From a candidate division WOR-3 bacterium (GTDB lineage Bacteria > Hydrothermota > Tepidihabitantia > SM23-42), in the NCBI GenBank assembly GCA_011052815.1, contig DRIG01000085.1, positions 1,110 through 65,109 of the forward strand: a stretch of 64,000 nucleotides of DNA, read 5' to 3'. Numbering within the stretch: position 1 is the stretch's first letter; every line of letters begins with the position of its first letter. Of this stretch, positions 8,924-17,663 are shown one piece after another. The notes beneath the pieces were generated by a model. It was not told the origin of the DNA and did not search any database. It saw nothing but the letters and a program-made list of their open reading frames with translations. The translations under genes were made by a program, and so were the position numbers.

Positions 8924-9504
8924 AGAATCCGGCATTGATATTCTTAAGCGCCTTTCTCGTGAACAACATCGTACTGATGCGTTTTCTCGGATTGTGTCCT
9001 TTTTTCGGCGTTTCGACGGCTGTGGAGACGGCGACCGGTATGGGAATGGCGGTCATCTTTGTTATGACCCTCGCCGCCTGGATCACCTGGTTTATTTTCC
9101 ATGCAGTGCTTCTGCCGCTCAATCTGGTCTTTTTGAGAACCGCGACGTTCATTCTTACGATCGCTTCTTTGGTCCAGCTCGTTGAGATGTTTTTGAAGAA
9201 ATATTACAGGACATTATACAGCGCGATGGGTATTTATCTTCCATTGATCACCACGAACTGCGCGATTCTCGGTATTACCTTTCTCAATATCGACAATAAA
9301 TTCAATTTCCTGAACGGGACGATATTTGCGATCGGTACAGGACTTGGATTTTCGTTGGTGATAATCACCTTCGCCGCAATCAGGGAACGGCTTGATCTTG
9401 CTCCCATCAATCCTTCATTACGCGGCTATCCGATTTCTTTCATTGCAGCTGCATTAATGGCGCTTGCCTTTCTGGGGTTTTCCGGCCTCTTTGGATTGAC
9501 TTAA
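8920..9504 (+). CDS. rnfA: Rnf complex subunit A
   Basis: RnfA/NqrE family (...LGLCPFFGVS...). ATGA coupling to rnfE. Confidence 0.8.
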   Translation: MKNPALIFLSAFLVNNIVLMRFLGLCPFFGVSTAVETATGMGMAVIFVMTLAAWITWFIFHAVLLPLNLVFLRTATFILTIASLVQLVEMFLKKYYRTLYSAMGIYLPLITTNCAILGITFLNIDNKFNFLNGTIFAIGTGLGFSLVIITFAAIRERLDLAPINPSLRGYPISFIAAALMALAFLGFSGLFGLT

Positions 9505-9513
9505 ATCCAGCTG

Positions 9514-10083
9514 ATGAATGTTTTTGAAGCGATAAAATGGCGCCGCAGTGTGCGCAGGTTCGCCGCCAGGAAGATCGAACGGCCGAAGATCCTGCGGCTC
9601 ATGGAGGCGGCGCGTCTTGCTCCGTCTTCAAGCAATCGCCAGGCATGGCACTTTGTGGTTGTTGACGACCCCTCAATCATCGCCCGGATTCCAAAGCAGG
9701 TGACACCCGGAACAAAGGGAATAATCGATTGGATGGAACAGGCGCCGCTGGTCATTGTCGGCTGCTACACAAAAGCACTCACTCATTATGTGGCGCAACT
9801 GTTCGGCCATCAGAATCATCTGATCGACGTCTCGATCGCCATGACCCAGATATGTCTCAGTGCAACTGAACTGGGTATCGGCTCATGCTTTGTGGGCTGG
9901 TTTAATGAGAAAGAGCTTAAGAAACTTCTCGGTATACCCCGTAGATACCGGGTTGCACTTCTTCTCGCTCTGGGTTACCCTCTTGATGAATCCAGTGAAG
10001 AGGGGATCGCCGGTATCGCTCCGCGACCTCGCAAAACACTGGACGAAATCGTTTCATATAATAGATTCGGTGAAAAATTTTAA
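9514..10083 (+). CDS. Nitroreductase-family protein (FMN-dependent)
   Basis: Starts ...IKWRRSVRRFAARKIERPKILRLMEAARLAPSSSNRQAWHFVVV, which is the nitroreductase signature. It occupies the position where rnfB sits in clostridial rnfCDGEAB operons. Confidence 0.7.
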   Translation: MNVFEAIKWRRSVRRFAARKIERPKILRLMEAARLAPSSSNRQAWHFVVVDDPSIIARIPKQVTPGTKGIIDWMEQAPLVIVGCYTKALTHYVAQLFGHQNHLIDVSIAMTQICLSATELGIGSCFVGWFNEKELKKLLGIPRRYRVALLLALGYPLDESSEEGIAGIAPRPRKTLDEIVSYNRFGEKF

Positions 10084-10093
10084 TCCGTCTCGA

Positions 10094-11425
10094 CTATAGA
10101 ACAGGCAGATATTTTTCTATTTCATAATCAGTAATTACCTTGCGGTAATTATCCCATTCGATTTTTTTATTTCCGATGAATTCTTTGAATGCATGCTGGC
10201 CGAGCACCTCTTTCACAACTTCACTCTTTTCCGTTATCTGGATTGCTTCGATCAGACTGCCCGGCAGGGACCTGATACCTCTCTCTTCACGTTCCTGGTC
10301 GGTCATCTGATAGATATTGTCTTCAATCGGTTCCGGAGGTGTAAGTTTTTCTTCGATGCCCTTGAGTCCGGCGCGCAGTAAACAGGAGAAGGTCAGATAC
10401 GGATTGCATGCAGGGTCAGGCGCACGATATTCAATACGGGTCGCTTCTTCTTTACCCGGTTTATACATCGGAACACGAATCAGGTCTGATCGATTCTTTT
10501 GTGCCCAGGAAATATAAACGGGTGCTTCATATCCCGGGATGAGTCGCTTGTAGGAATTCACCCATTGTGCAATGATGGAACAGATGTCCGGGCTGTACTT
10601 TAATAAACCGGCGATGAACTGAAGGGCTTGCTGTGAGAGAAAATACTTTCCTTCTTTAGCCCAGAAGATATTCTCTTTTTCCTTAAATAACGACATATGA
10701 GTATGCATTCCCGAGCCGTTCTGGCCGAAGAGCGGTTTCGGCATAAAGGTTGCGAACACTCCATTTCTGAATGCAATCTCTTTGACGGTAAGACGATGGG
10801 TCATCACGATGTCAGCCATTGTCAGGGCGTCCTGGAAATGGAGATCGATTTCATGCTGGGACGGCGCGACTTCATGGTGGGAGTACTCGACCTTGATTCC
10901 CATCTCTTCCAGGGTGAGGACTGTTTCTCTTCGTAAATCGATTGCTTCATCCCGGGGGATTAAATCAAAATAACCGCCGGAATCAAGGGTTTCCGGTCTT
11001 TCCGAATTTTTGAAATAGAAGAATTCCAGTTCAGGTCCGATAAAGAAGTTATATCCGAATTTTTCCTTAGCATAGGCGAGATTCCTTTTAAGGATATATC
11101 TGGGGTCTCCGGCAAAAGGTGTTCGGTCGGGATTAAGAATGTCGCAGAACATACGAGCCGTTCCTCTTTCCTTGGGGCGCCAGGGAAGCACAGTGAAAGT
11201 GTTGGGTTCGGGAACCGCAATCATATCACTTTCGTCGATTCTGACAAATCCCTCGATTGAGGAGCCGTCAAAACCAACCCCTTCTTCAAATGCTTTTTTC
11301 AATTCTTCTTTGGGGATTGTGAAACTTTTAAGATATCCCAGGATATCAGTAAACCAGAGTTCGATGAACTTTATGTTGTTCTTTTCAACAAATTCTTCTA
11401 CAGCCCGTGCATCCATTCCATTCAT
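10094..11425 (-). CDS. glnA: Glutamine synthetase, type I-alpha (about 443 aa, non-adenylylated class)
   Basis: N-terminal ...IKFIELWFTDILGYLKSFTIP. Full GS catalytic-domain motifs. Length matches GSI-alpha. Confidence 0.85.
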   Translation of the reverse strand: MNGMDARAVEEFVEKNNIKFIELWFTDILGYLKSFTIPKEELKKAFEEGVGFDGSSIEGFVRIDESDMIAVPEPNTFTVLPWRPKERGTARMFCDILNPDRTPFAGDPRYILKRNLAYAKEKFGYNFFIGPELEFFYFKNSERPETLDSGGYFDLIPRDEAIDLRRETVLTLEEMGIKVEYSHHEVAPSQHEIDLHFQDALTMADIVMTHRLTVKEIAFRNGVFATFMPKPLFGQNGSGMHTHMSLFKEKENIFWAKEGKYFLSQQALQFIAGLLKYSPDICSIIAQWVNSYKRLIPGYEAPVYISWAQKNRSDLIRVPMYKPGKEEATRIEYRAPDPACNPYLTFSCLLRAGLKGIEEKLTPPEPIEDNIYQMTDQEREERGIRSLPGSLIEAIQITEKSEVVKEVLGQHAFKEFIGNKKIEWDNYRKVITDYEIEKYLPVL

Positions 11426-11434
11426 TTCAACTCC

Positions 11435-13033
11435 CTATTTTTTTCTCTTTTTACTCTTTTTCTTTTTTGAGCCCTTTCTTTTCTTTTTGCCGATATATTC
11501 ACAGATTGATTTGGCCTGGGTGAAGAGAAGGAGATAATCAGGACCTCCTGCCTTTGAGTCGGTACCTGACATATTGAAGCCACCGAATGGCTGGACTCCG
11601 ACAAGGGCACCGGTGCATTTTCGATTGAAATAGAGATTACCGACATGTACTTCTCTCTTTGCCTTTTCTATCTTCTTTCTGTTCTTTGTATAGACGGCGC
11701 CTGTTAAGCCGTATTCAGTGTCATTCGCCAGTTCTATCGCATGTTCAAAGTTCCTGGCGCGGGTTACGGCAAGAACCGGTCCGAATATCTCTTCCTGGAA
11801 TATCCGGTGTTGCGGCTCAATGTCGACAATCACCGTAGGTTTGATGAACCAACCGTCACCCGGCGCAGGTTCACCTCCACAGATGCAGTTGCCTTCGGAT
11901 TTGCCGATCTTGATGTATTCCAGTATGGAGTTGTAGGCGGTCTCGTTTATAACCGGACCCAGCCAGTTTTCGTAATCTTTGACCGGCCCGATCTTTATCG
12001 CCTCGACTGTGGGAATGAATTTCTTCATAAATTTATCGTATATCTTATCATCGAGGATCAAACGGGAACAGGCAGAACATTTCTGTCCCTGGAACCCGAA
12101 CGCCGACGTTCTTACACCGGCGACGGCACTGTCGATATCGGCTTCAGAATCGACGATGATCAAATCCTTACCACCCATTTCAGCAATCACCCGTTTTATC
12201 CACTTCTGACCTGGCCTTGTTTTGCCTGCCTGCTCGACAATATAGAGTCCCACTGCCTTTGACCCTGTGAAACAGATGAATCGGGTCTTTGGATGTTTGA
12301 CCAGATGGTCTGCTGCCGGTTTGCCATGGCCGGTCATAAAATTAACAACACCTACGGGTACCTTTGCTTCTTCAATTATTTCCATAAACTTCGCTGCAAT
12401 AGTAGGGGAATCTTCTGATGGTTTCATAATGACAGTATTACCGGCTGCAAAGGATGCCGTGGTCATACCGCATAAAATCGCAAGAGGAAAATTCCATGGT
12501 GCAAGTACAAGTCCTACACCAAGAGGTATATAGATTTGTTCATTCCGCTCGCCCGGGTACTGGATAACCTTTGCTCCTTTGTCATATCGTAATGCTTCAC
12601 GTGCATAATATTCGCAAAAATCAATCGCTTCGGCGACGTCGGCGTCTGCTTCCAGCCAATTTTTGCCCGATTCAAAAACCATCCAGGCGGCTAATTCAAG
12701 ACGCCTTTTACGCATAATTTTAGCAATTTTAAGAAGATAGTTTGCCCGTATTTTCGCCGGCGTAAAGCGCCATGATTTAAATGTTTCCAGGGCGACCTCC
12801 ATTGCTTTTTCAGCAGTAGATATATCGGCTTCTTGAAAAGTTCCAACAATTTCACCCTTTTTTGAAGGGTTGTATGAATGAAATTTATTATCTAATCTAA
12901 TCCTTTCACCACCTATTATGATACTGTATTCTTTCCCGAACTGGGCTTCTACTTCTTTTATTGCTTTTTCCATCTTTTTCCTGATTGACGGTTTGGTGAA
13001 ATCATTATATTTTTCGTTTCTGAACGGTTTCAT
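11435..13033 (-). CDS. pruA: 1-pyrroline-5-carboxylate (L-glutamate-gamma-semialdehyde) dehydrogenase, ALDH superfamily, with an unusual Lys-rich C-terminal tail
   Basis: ALDH motifs AEMGGKD and FGFQGQKCSACSR. The N-terminus resembles RocA/PruA. The last 17 residues are KKKRKGSKKKKSKKRKK, encoded by the A-rich leader/RBS region of glnA. Confidence 0.75.
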   Translation of the reverse strand: MKPFRNEKYNDFTKPSIRKKMEKAIKEVEAQFGKEYSIIIGGERIRLDNKFHSYNPSKKGEIVGTFQEADISTAEKAMEVALETFKSWRFTPAKIRANYLLKIAKIMRKRRLELAAWMVFESGKNWLEADADVAEAIDFCEYYAREALRYDKGAKVIQYPGERNEQIYIPLGVGLVLAPWNFPLAILCGMTTASFAAGNTVIMKPSEDSPTIAAKFMEIIEEAKVPVGVVNFMTGHGKPAADHLVKHPKTRFICFTGSKAVGLYIVEQAGKTRPGQKWIKRVIAEMGGKDLIIVDSEADIDSAVAGVRTSAFGFQGQKCSACSRLILDDKIYDKFMKKFIPTVEAIKIGPVKDYENWLGPVINETAYNSILEYIKIGKSEGNCICGGEPAPGDGWFIKPTVIVDIEPQHRIFQEEIFGPVLAVTRARNFEHAIELANDTEYGLTGAVYTKNRKKIEKAKREVHVGNLYFNRKCTGALVGVQPFGGFNMSGTDSKAGGPDYLLLFTQAKSICEYIGKKKRKGSKKKKSKKRKK

Positions 13034-13051
13034 TTGACCTCCTTCTGGCTC

Positions 13052-13079
13052 ATTATAGTCAGAAAATTATTCAAGTCAA
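13052..13079 (-). promoter_or_regulatory. Sigma70-type promoter (TTGACT-N16-TATAAT on the minus strand) for the pruA-glnA operon, followed by a GGAGG Shine-Dalgarno.
   Basis: Minus-strand reading: TTGACTtgaataattttctgacTATAATgagccagaaggaggtcaaATG. Confidence 0.5.
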
Positions 13080-13090
13080 GGAGATGATTC

Positions 13091-13118
13091 TTGACTTTAT
13101 CCGCATTATGGGTATAGT
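13091..13118 (+). promoter_or_regulatory. Divergent sigma70-type promoter TTGACT-N16-TATAGT. The -10 ends 5 nt before the ATG at 13124, so this would be leaderless.
   Basis: ttgact 13091-13096, tatagt 13113-13118, ATG at 13124. No Shine-Dalgarno. Confidence 0.45.
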
Positions 13119-13123
13119 TTTTT

Positions 13124-13570
13124 ATGAAGAAAAAAGTATTTATTTTCATAATCGTCATCCTTCTGATTTCGTGTTCGGCGATTAAAGAACGCCTGGCAGT
13201 CAAAGAGTGCAAATTTTCTCTTCAATCAGTGGCGCCCCACAGTTTCACCTTTAAGAACCTGAAACTCGATTTCAAGATCAAAGGTGAGAATCCCAATAAG
13301 GTTGATGCGGTTCTGGACAGGCTTACCTACACATTCTTCGTCAATGATCAGGATGTTTTTTCCGGCACGACAGGGAAAGGGATCAAGATACCATCAGGCA
13401 AGTCCACGAGTTTCCTGACCACGATCACCTTAGAATACAGTAAGATAGGCGAAGCATTGAGTACAGCGATTAAACTTCAAAAGGCTTCCTATAAAATAAA
13501 AGCAAAGGCATACATCAATACAATTATTGGTGAAATAAGTTATCCGATTGAACTTGAGTTAAAAAAGTAG
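13124..13570 (+). CDS. Lipoprotein with a LEA_2 / water-stress (WHy)-like domain
   Basis: Signal peptide plus lipobox (LLISCSA). About 125-aa beta-rich domain resembling LEA-2/NDR1-HIN1 family proteins. Confidence 0.4.
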   Translation: MKKKVFIFIIVILLISCSAIKERLAVKECKFSLQSVAPHSFTFKNLKLDFKIKGENPNKVDAVLDRLTYTFFVNDQDVFSGTTGKGIKIPSGKSTSFLTTITLEYSKIGEALSTAIKLQKASYKIKAKAYINTIIGEISYPIELELKK

Positions 13571-13734
13571 AATAAAAAGCCGGTCCACGGATTATCGGTC
13601 TTATTCACCTCCCTGGTTTTGCACATTTTTTGTGCAAAAAACCACAAATTTTGTGCTTTATTCAATTTTTCCCCTGAAATTTCGAGATATTTTTCTGGCA
13701 CAGAAATTGCACTATAATCCAGCAGAGGTGAATT

Positions 13735-14505
13735 ATGAAAAACTATAAACTCCTTTTTTACCTTCTTTTGCTTACCAGTCTGTTCCTGCTTGCGGGCTGC
13801 TGTTATGATGGAGCAGACAATGAACCGCCTTCTGTTCCGGTCGGGCTGCGGTCGATCACCGGTGACGGCGAGGTGCTGCTTGTGTGGTATGAAAACACCG
13901 AGCCGGATCTCGCCGGGTATCGCATCTACCGTAGTTTGACGCCGGGCGGTTATTACTATGAGATAGGAGAAACAAATCTTGATTACTTTCTGGACTTCGG
14001 ACTTGTCAACGGTGAAACCTATTATTACGCGATAACCGCTTTTGATATTCATGGAAACGAGAGTGACCTTTCTTACGAAATAGTATATGATACACCGCGT
14101 CCTGAGGGGTATGACGAAAAACTTTTTGACTACACAGAATATCCAGACTACGCGGGCTGGAATTTCAGCGCTTATTCAATCGTCGGATACGACCATCCTG
14201 CCTGTGATTTTTATTTCGGGTATGACGATTATAATGAAGCATTTTACTTTTATGTCGCAAGACCAGGAGGGTTGATTCAGGATTTCGGTTATACCGAATC
14301 TCTGGATGAGATAACCTATGCTCCGGAAAACGGTTGGTCATCAACCGGCATAGTTGAGGCGATCCTGGGCCACACATATGTATTCTGGACATGGGATAAT
14401 CATTTTGCGAAATTTCGGGTAACTGCAATCGGGTCGGATTATGTGGTCTTTGACTGGGCGTATCAGATCGACCCGGGTAATCCCGAGTTGGTGATTAATA
14501 AATAA
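13735..14505 (+). CDS. Lipoprotein containing a fibronectin type III domain
   Basis: Lipobox LLAGCC. FN3 signature ...PPSVPVGL...GYRIYRS...YYYAITAFDIHGNES. Confidence 0.55.
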   Translation: MKNYKLLFYLLLLTSLFLLAGCCYDGADNEPPSVPVGLRSITGDGEVLLVWYENTEPDLAGYRIYRSLTPGGYYYEIGETNLDYFLDFGLVNGETYYYAITAFDIHGNESDLSYEIVYDTPRPEGYDEKLFDYTEYPDYAGWNFSAYSIVGYDHPACDFYFGYDDYNEAFYFYVARPGGLIQDFGYTESLDEITYAPENGWSSTGIVEAILGHTYVFWTWDNHFAKFRVTAIGSDYVVFDWAYQIDPGNPELVINK

Positions 14506-14517
14506 GAGGAGGTCAAG

Positions 14518-15495
14518 ATGAAACGTCTATTATTATTATTATTAGCCGCCATACCGTTATTCGGTTTCAGTGTCAATTTCATATTTTGTGATTATGACTA
14601 TTATGAAGATGAATACTGGTATGACGAGTACTGGGATGATTACTACTGGTATGACGGTTACTGGGTGTATTATCCACATGGATACTACTGTGTACATTAT
14701 GTCTGGTGGTATCCCTGGTGGTGGGATTATTATTGGTGGAGGGCACATTGGTGCCATCACTTCCACTGGGATTTCTTCTACGGTGGATTTTATGTGGTAT
14801 GGTATGAAAACGGCTGCTGGTGGTTCAGGCCCAGATACGGCAGATGGGTGAAGTATAAACTGCCCTATTCATATTATGAAATAAGACACCGTGCCAGAAA
14901 ACATGGTATCTATCTACCGGAAAAACCGCCGCGCGAATTGAATATACCGTACAAAGAGCACGAAATAAAGAAGCTCATTAAACAGAAAGATCCTGAGTTG
15001 TTCAAGAAGGTAGAGAAGAAACATAAAGACGGCACCCTTGAGAAAATGAGAAAAGAATATGATACCAGGGTAAAGCAGGAGATTGTGAAGAAAAATATCG
15101 AATACAAGAAGACAGTTAAGAAAGGAAATTATACAAAGGATTTTGAGAAAAAGGGGTATGATGTTAATAAATGGCAGAAATCTTCTGAGGATAAACATAC
15201 CAAAGATTTGTATTATAAAAGCTCGTATGATGACGATGAGCGCAAGTCGCACATCGTGAAAGAGAAGAAGAGTAAGCCGACGCTCCGGAAAAAGGGTTCG
15301 TCCGATGAACACGATGATCAAGAGTATTATAAAAAGAAGAAGCCCAAGAAATTCGTCTACGAGAGTTATGAAGAGAAGAGAAGCCATAAATCGGATGGTG
15401 ATGCCGGTCCTTCGAAATATAAGAAGAGTAAATCTTCCTATAACGACAGGAACGATCGGGGATATAATTCCGATCATCATAAAAAGAAGAGGTAA
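14518..15495 (+). CDS. Secreted low-complexity protein with an extremely Trp/Tyr/Asp-rich core (about 45% aromatic) followed by a Lys/Glu-rich C-terminal half. Novel, no family assigned.
   Basis: Signal peptide MKRLLLLLLAAIPLFGFS, then ...DYDYYEDEYWYDEYWDDYYWYDGYWVYYPHGYYCVHYVWWYPWWWDYYWWRAHWCHHFHWDFFYGG..., then a KK-rich region. The GGAGG Shine-Dalgarno precedes the start. Confidence 0.5.
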   Translation: MKRLLLLLLAAIPLFGFSVNFIFCDYDYYEDEYWYDEYWDDYYWYDGYWVYYPHGYYCVHYVWWYPWWWDYYWWRAHWCHHFHWDFFYGGFYVVWYENGCWWFRPRYGRWVKYKLPYSYYEIRHRARKHGIYLPEKPPRELNIPYKEHEIKKLIKQKDPELFKKVEKKHKDGTLEKMRKEYDTRVKQEIVKKNIEYKKTVKKGNYTKDFEKKGYDVNKWQKSSEDKHTKDLYYKSSYDDDERKSHIVKEKKSKPTLRKKGSSDEHDDQEYYKKKKPKKFVYESYEEKRSHKSDGDAGPSKYKKSKSSYNDRNDRGYNSDHHKKKR

Positions 15496-15498
15496 GTC

Positions 15499-16122
15499 AT
15501 GTTACTCACGACTTTACTTGCATTACTCACTTTATACAATGGTGCGCCGGACATCGAGATATGGGTTGATCGGGACGAACCCGTTTATCAGGCGGGTGAA
15601 AATTTGAAAATCTTTTTCCGCGTTGACCAGGACTGCTATGTCGCGATCTATGATATTGAGGTCGGGGGGAGGGAGACTCTTCTCTTTCCCCCTGAACAGG
15701 AGGACGGCTGGGTGGAGGCAGGTCATATTTATGAGCTGCCTCCTGAGAACGCCGATTATGACTATGTCATAAGCGGTCCTGAAGGGGTCGAAACGGTCAT
15801 CGCACTGGCTTCGACCGAGCATCCACCTGTACTGGACGATGAAGAAGAGAACATCAGCCGGATGAGTTTAAGTATTCATATTGAAGAACCGGAACCGGCA
15901 AAGCTGCGCATTGTCTCGACTCCGACATACGCTCGAATTTATCTGACCAATGTAGAAACCGGCGAAAAAGAATATATCGGCAGAACACCGCGCACCATGG
16001 TTATAAGACCGGGTGAATATATCGTGAAAATCAAAAAGCCGGGTTTTCATTCATTGACGCGCAGGATCTGGCTCGAACCGGGCGATCGACGCAGGGTTTT
16101 TGTCAAACTGATTCCCTATTGA
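15499..16122 (+). CDS. Secreted protein with a DUF4384-like N-domain and a C-terminal PEGA domain
   Basis: C-terminal ...LRIVSTPTYARIYLTNVETGEKEYIGRTPRTMVIRPGEYIVKIKKPGFHSLTRRIWLEPG is a PEGA-type beta-sandwich. The N-terminus has the DUF4384 pattern (IWVDRDEPVYQAGENLKIFFRVDQDCYVAIYDI). Confidence 0.5.
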   Translation: MLLTTLLALLTLYNGAPDIEIWVDRDEPVYQAGENLKIFFRVDQDCYVAIYDIEVGGRETLLFPPEQEDGWVEAGHIYELPPENADYDYVISGPEGVETVIALASTEHPPVLDDEEENISRMSLSIHIEEPEPAKLRIVSTPTYARIYLTNVETGEKEYIGRTPRTMVIRPGEYIVKIKKPGFHSLTRRIWLEPGDRRRVFVKLIPY

Positions 16123-16159
16123 CATGAGCAGCAGGTTCATTATAATCAAGGAGTAAATT

Positions 16160-16510
16160 ATGAAGAGATTGATGATATTGATATTGATCGCGGGTTTAAT
16201 GTTTGCGGTAAAACCGGTGCCGCGGAAAGACCATAACAAAGAAAGCAAACAGAAGTCCAAATTCAGTATCGAATCAGTTATAAAAGAACTCAAAAAGATC
16301 GTCGACAAGAAAGGCGATAAAGAAAAGGATGATCACTTTCAGGACGCCGATTCCAATGGAGTAAACGACCAGCGTGAAGATGATTTTCAGAAGATAAAGC
16401 AGTTGAAGACGAAACATAAGGACAAGGACTCCAGGGGGACCCAGAAGAAGACCGTGAAAAAGAAGTCAACGGTCAGTCCCAAAAAGAGTAAAGAGAAAAA
16501 AGACAAATAG
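16160..16510 (+). CDS. Small secreted lysine-rich protein
   Basis: Signal peptide followed by a K/D/E-rich low-complexity region. Own promoter TTGACA-N17-TATAAT at about 16118-16146 and an AAGGAG Shine-Dalgarno. Confidence 0.4.
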   Translation: MKRLMILILIAGLMFAVKPVPRKDHNKESKQKSKFSIESVIKELKKIVDKKGDKEKDDHFQDADSNGVNDQREDDFQKIKQLKTKHKDKDSRGTQKKTVKKKSTVSPKKSKEKKDK

Positions 16511-16517
16511 AATTCAG

Positions 16518-17663
16518 TTAAAAGAGGTCTTTAATCGCTCTCCAGAAGATACGCGGGGAGGAGTAGAGCACCTCTTTTACTATCTCCCGGACGTTTATGT
16601 CCCGGGTTGTTTTACCTTCAAAGAGCTTTTTACCGATATTAAAGATGATTCTGTATTCTTCATCATTTAATTCTACATAAATATTCCTTATTTTTAGATG
16701 ATATTTTATCTCTTTTAAAATCTCCCTTTTTATCTCCGCTTTGAAATGGTCTTTTTTTCCTTTTAATTTCAAAACCGCATTTCTGCCGGCGATGACCCCG
16801 GATTTTATGCCGTTCGCGATACCGGCGCCGCTTAAAGGGTCGGTGAAACGCGCGGCGTCGCCCACCAGGAAGAAGTCGTCACCGGAAAATTTTTTCAGAA
16901 TTTTAGCCGGAACTCCGCCGAATACCTTTCTTTTGGTTTTCGCTTCGGGAAATTCTCTCTCGATCCATTCATCGAGAAATTGTTGCGCTCTTTTTTTTGT
17001 TTTCAACGGAGAAATTCCCAGTCCGACATTCGCCGTGTTGTCGGATTTGGGGAATATCCAGGCATAGCCGCCCGGTGCATAGCAGCTGCCGAAGATCAGA
17101 TATGCATAATGGGTGTCGACATTAATATCCTCGAGGAGATATTCAGCACATACCTCGATTTCGTTTAAACCCAGACGAGTATCGATTCCCTTCCAGGAGC
17201 CGACACGGGAGAGCACGCCGTCGGCGCCGATTAAGAATTTAAATCTGTATTCTCTGATTTGACCTGATTCCCTGACAATAACTTTATTGTTTTCTACACC
17301 TATCGCTCTGGTCGATTTCTTGATGACGGCTCCTTTTTCTTCGGCGTATTCTGCCAGTGCCGCATCGAATATTGTGCGGTCCAGAACCCAGCCCACGTCG
17401 GGATATTCTATCTTGAATTCTTCGTGGTCCGGGCCGCGGATTATCGCACCTTTAAGCCTGCGGGAGATCCATTCGGGTTTGATGGAGAGATAATCTTTGA
17501 TTGTACTTCTTGATAGACCTTCGGCACAGCTCACCGGTGTTCCGATCTTTTCGTGTTCTTCAATCAACAGGACAGAGGCACCGCTTTCCGCTGCAGTATA
17601 AGCAGCGGCGCTGCCCGCCGGTCCTGCGCCTATTATTACAATATCAAAACAAGGTGTTTTCAT
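16518..17663 (-). CDS. Geranylgeranyl reductase-family FAD-dependent oxidoreductase
   Basis: N-terminal FAD-binding fold DIVIIGAGPAGSAAAY. About 380 aa. Overall pattern of the TIGR02032-like GGR family. Confidence 0.55.
   Translation of the reverse strand: MKTPCFDIVIIGAGPAGSAAAYTAAESGASVLLIEEHEKIGTPVSCAEGLSRSTIKDYLSIKPEWISRRLKGAIIRGPDHEEFKIEYPDVGWVLDRTIFDAALAEYAEEKGAVIKKSTRAIGVENNKVIVRESGQIREYRFKFLIGADGVLSRVGSWKGIDTRLGLNEIEVCAEYLLEDINVDTHYAYLIFGSCYAPGGYAWIFPKSDNTANVGLGISPLKTKKRAQQFLDEWIEREFPEAKTKRKVFGGVPAKILKKFSGDDFFLVGDAARFTDPLSGAGIANGIKSGVIAGRNAVLKLKGKKDHFKAEIKREILKEIKYHLKIRNIYVELNDEEYRIIFNIGKKLFEGKTTRDINVREIVKEVLYSSPRIFWRAIKDLF

Noticed and set aside
14557-15480. Several alternative-frame or antisense ORFs (14557-14766, 14570-14851, 14910-15107, 14914-15480) within the aromatic/lysine-rich gene
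   Set aside because: Their composition is Ile/Phe/Leu-rich or frame-shadow-like. They lack a Shine-Dalgarno and a signal peptide, while the + strand frame has both. The repetitive sequence simply keeps multiple frames open.
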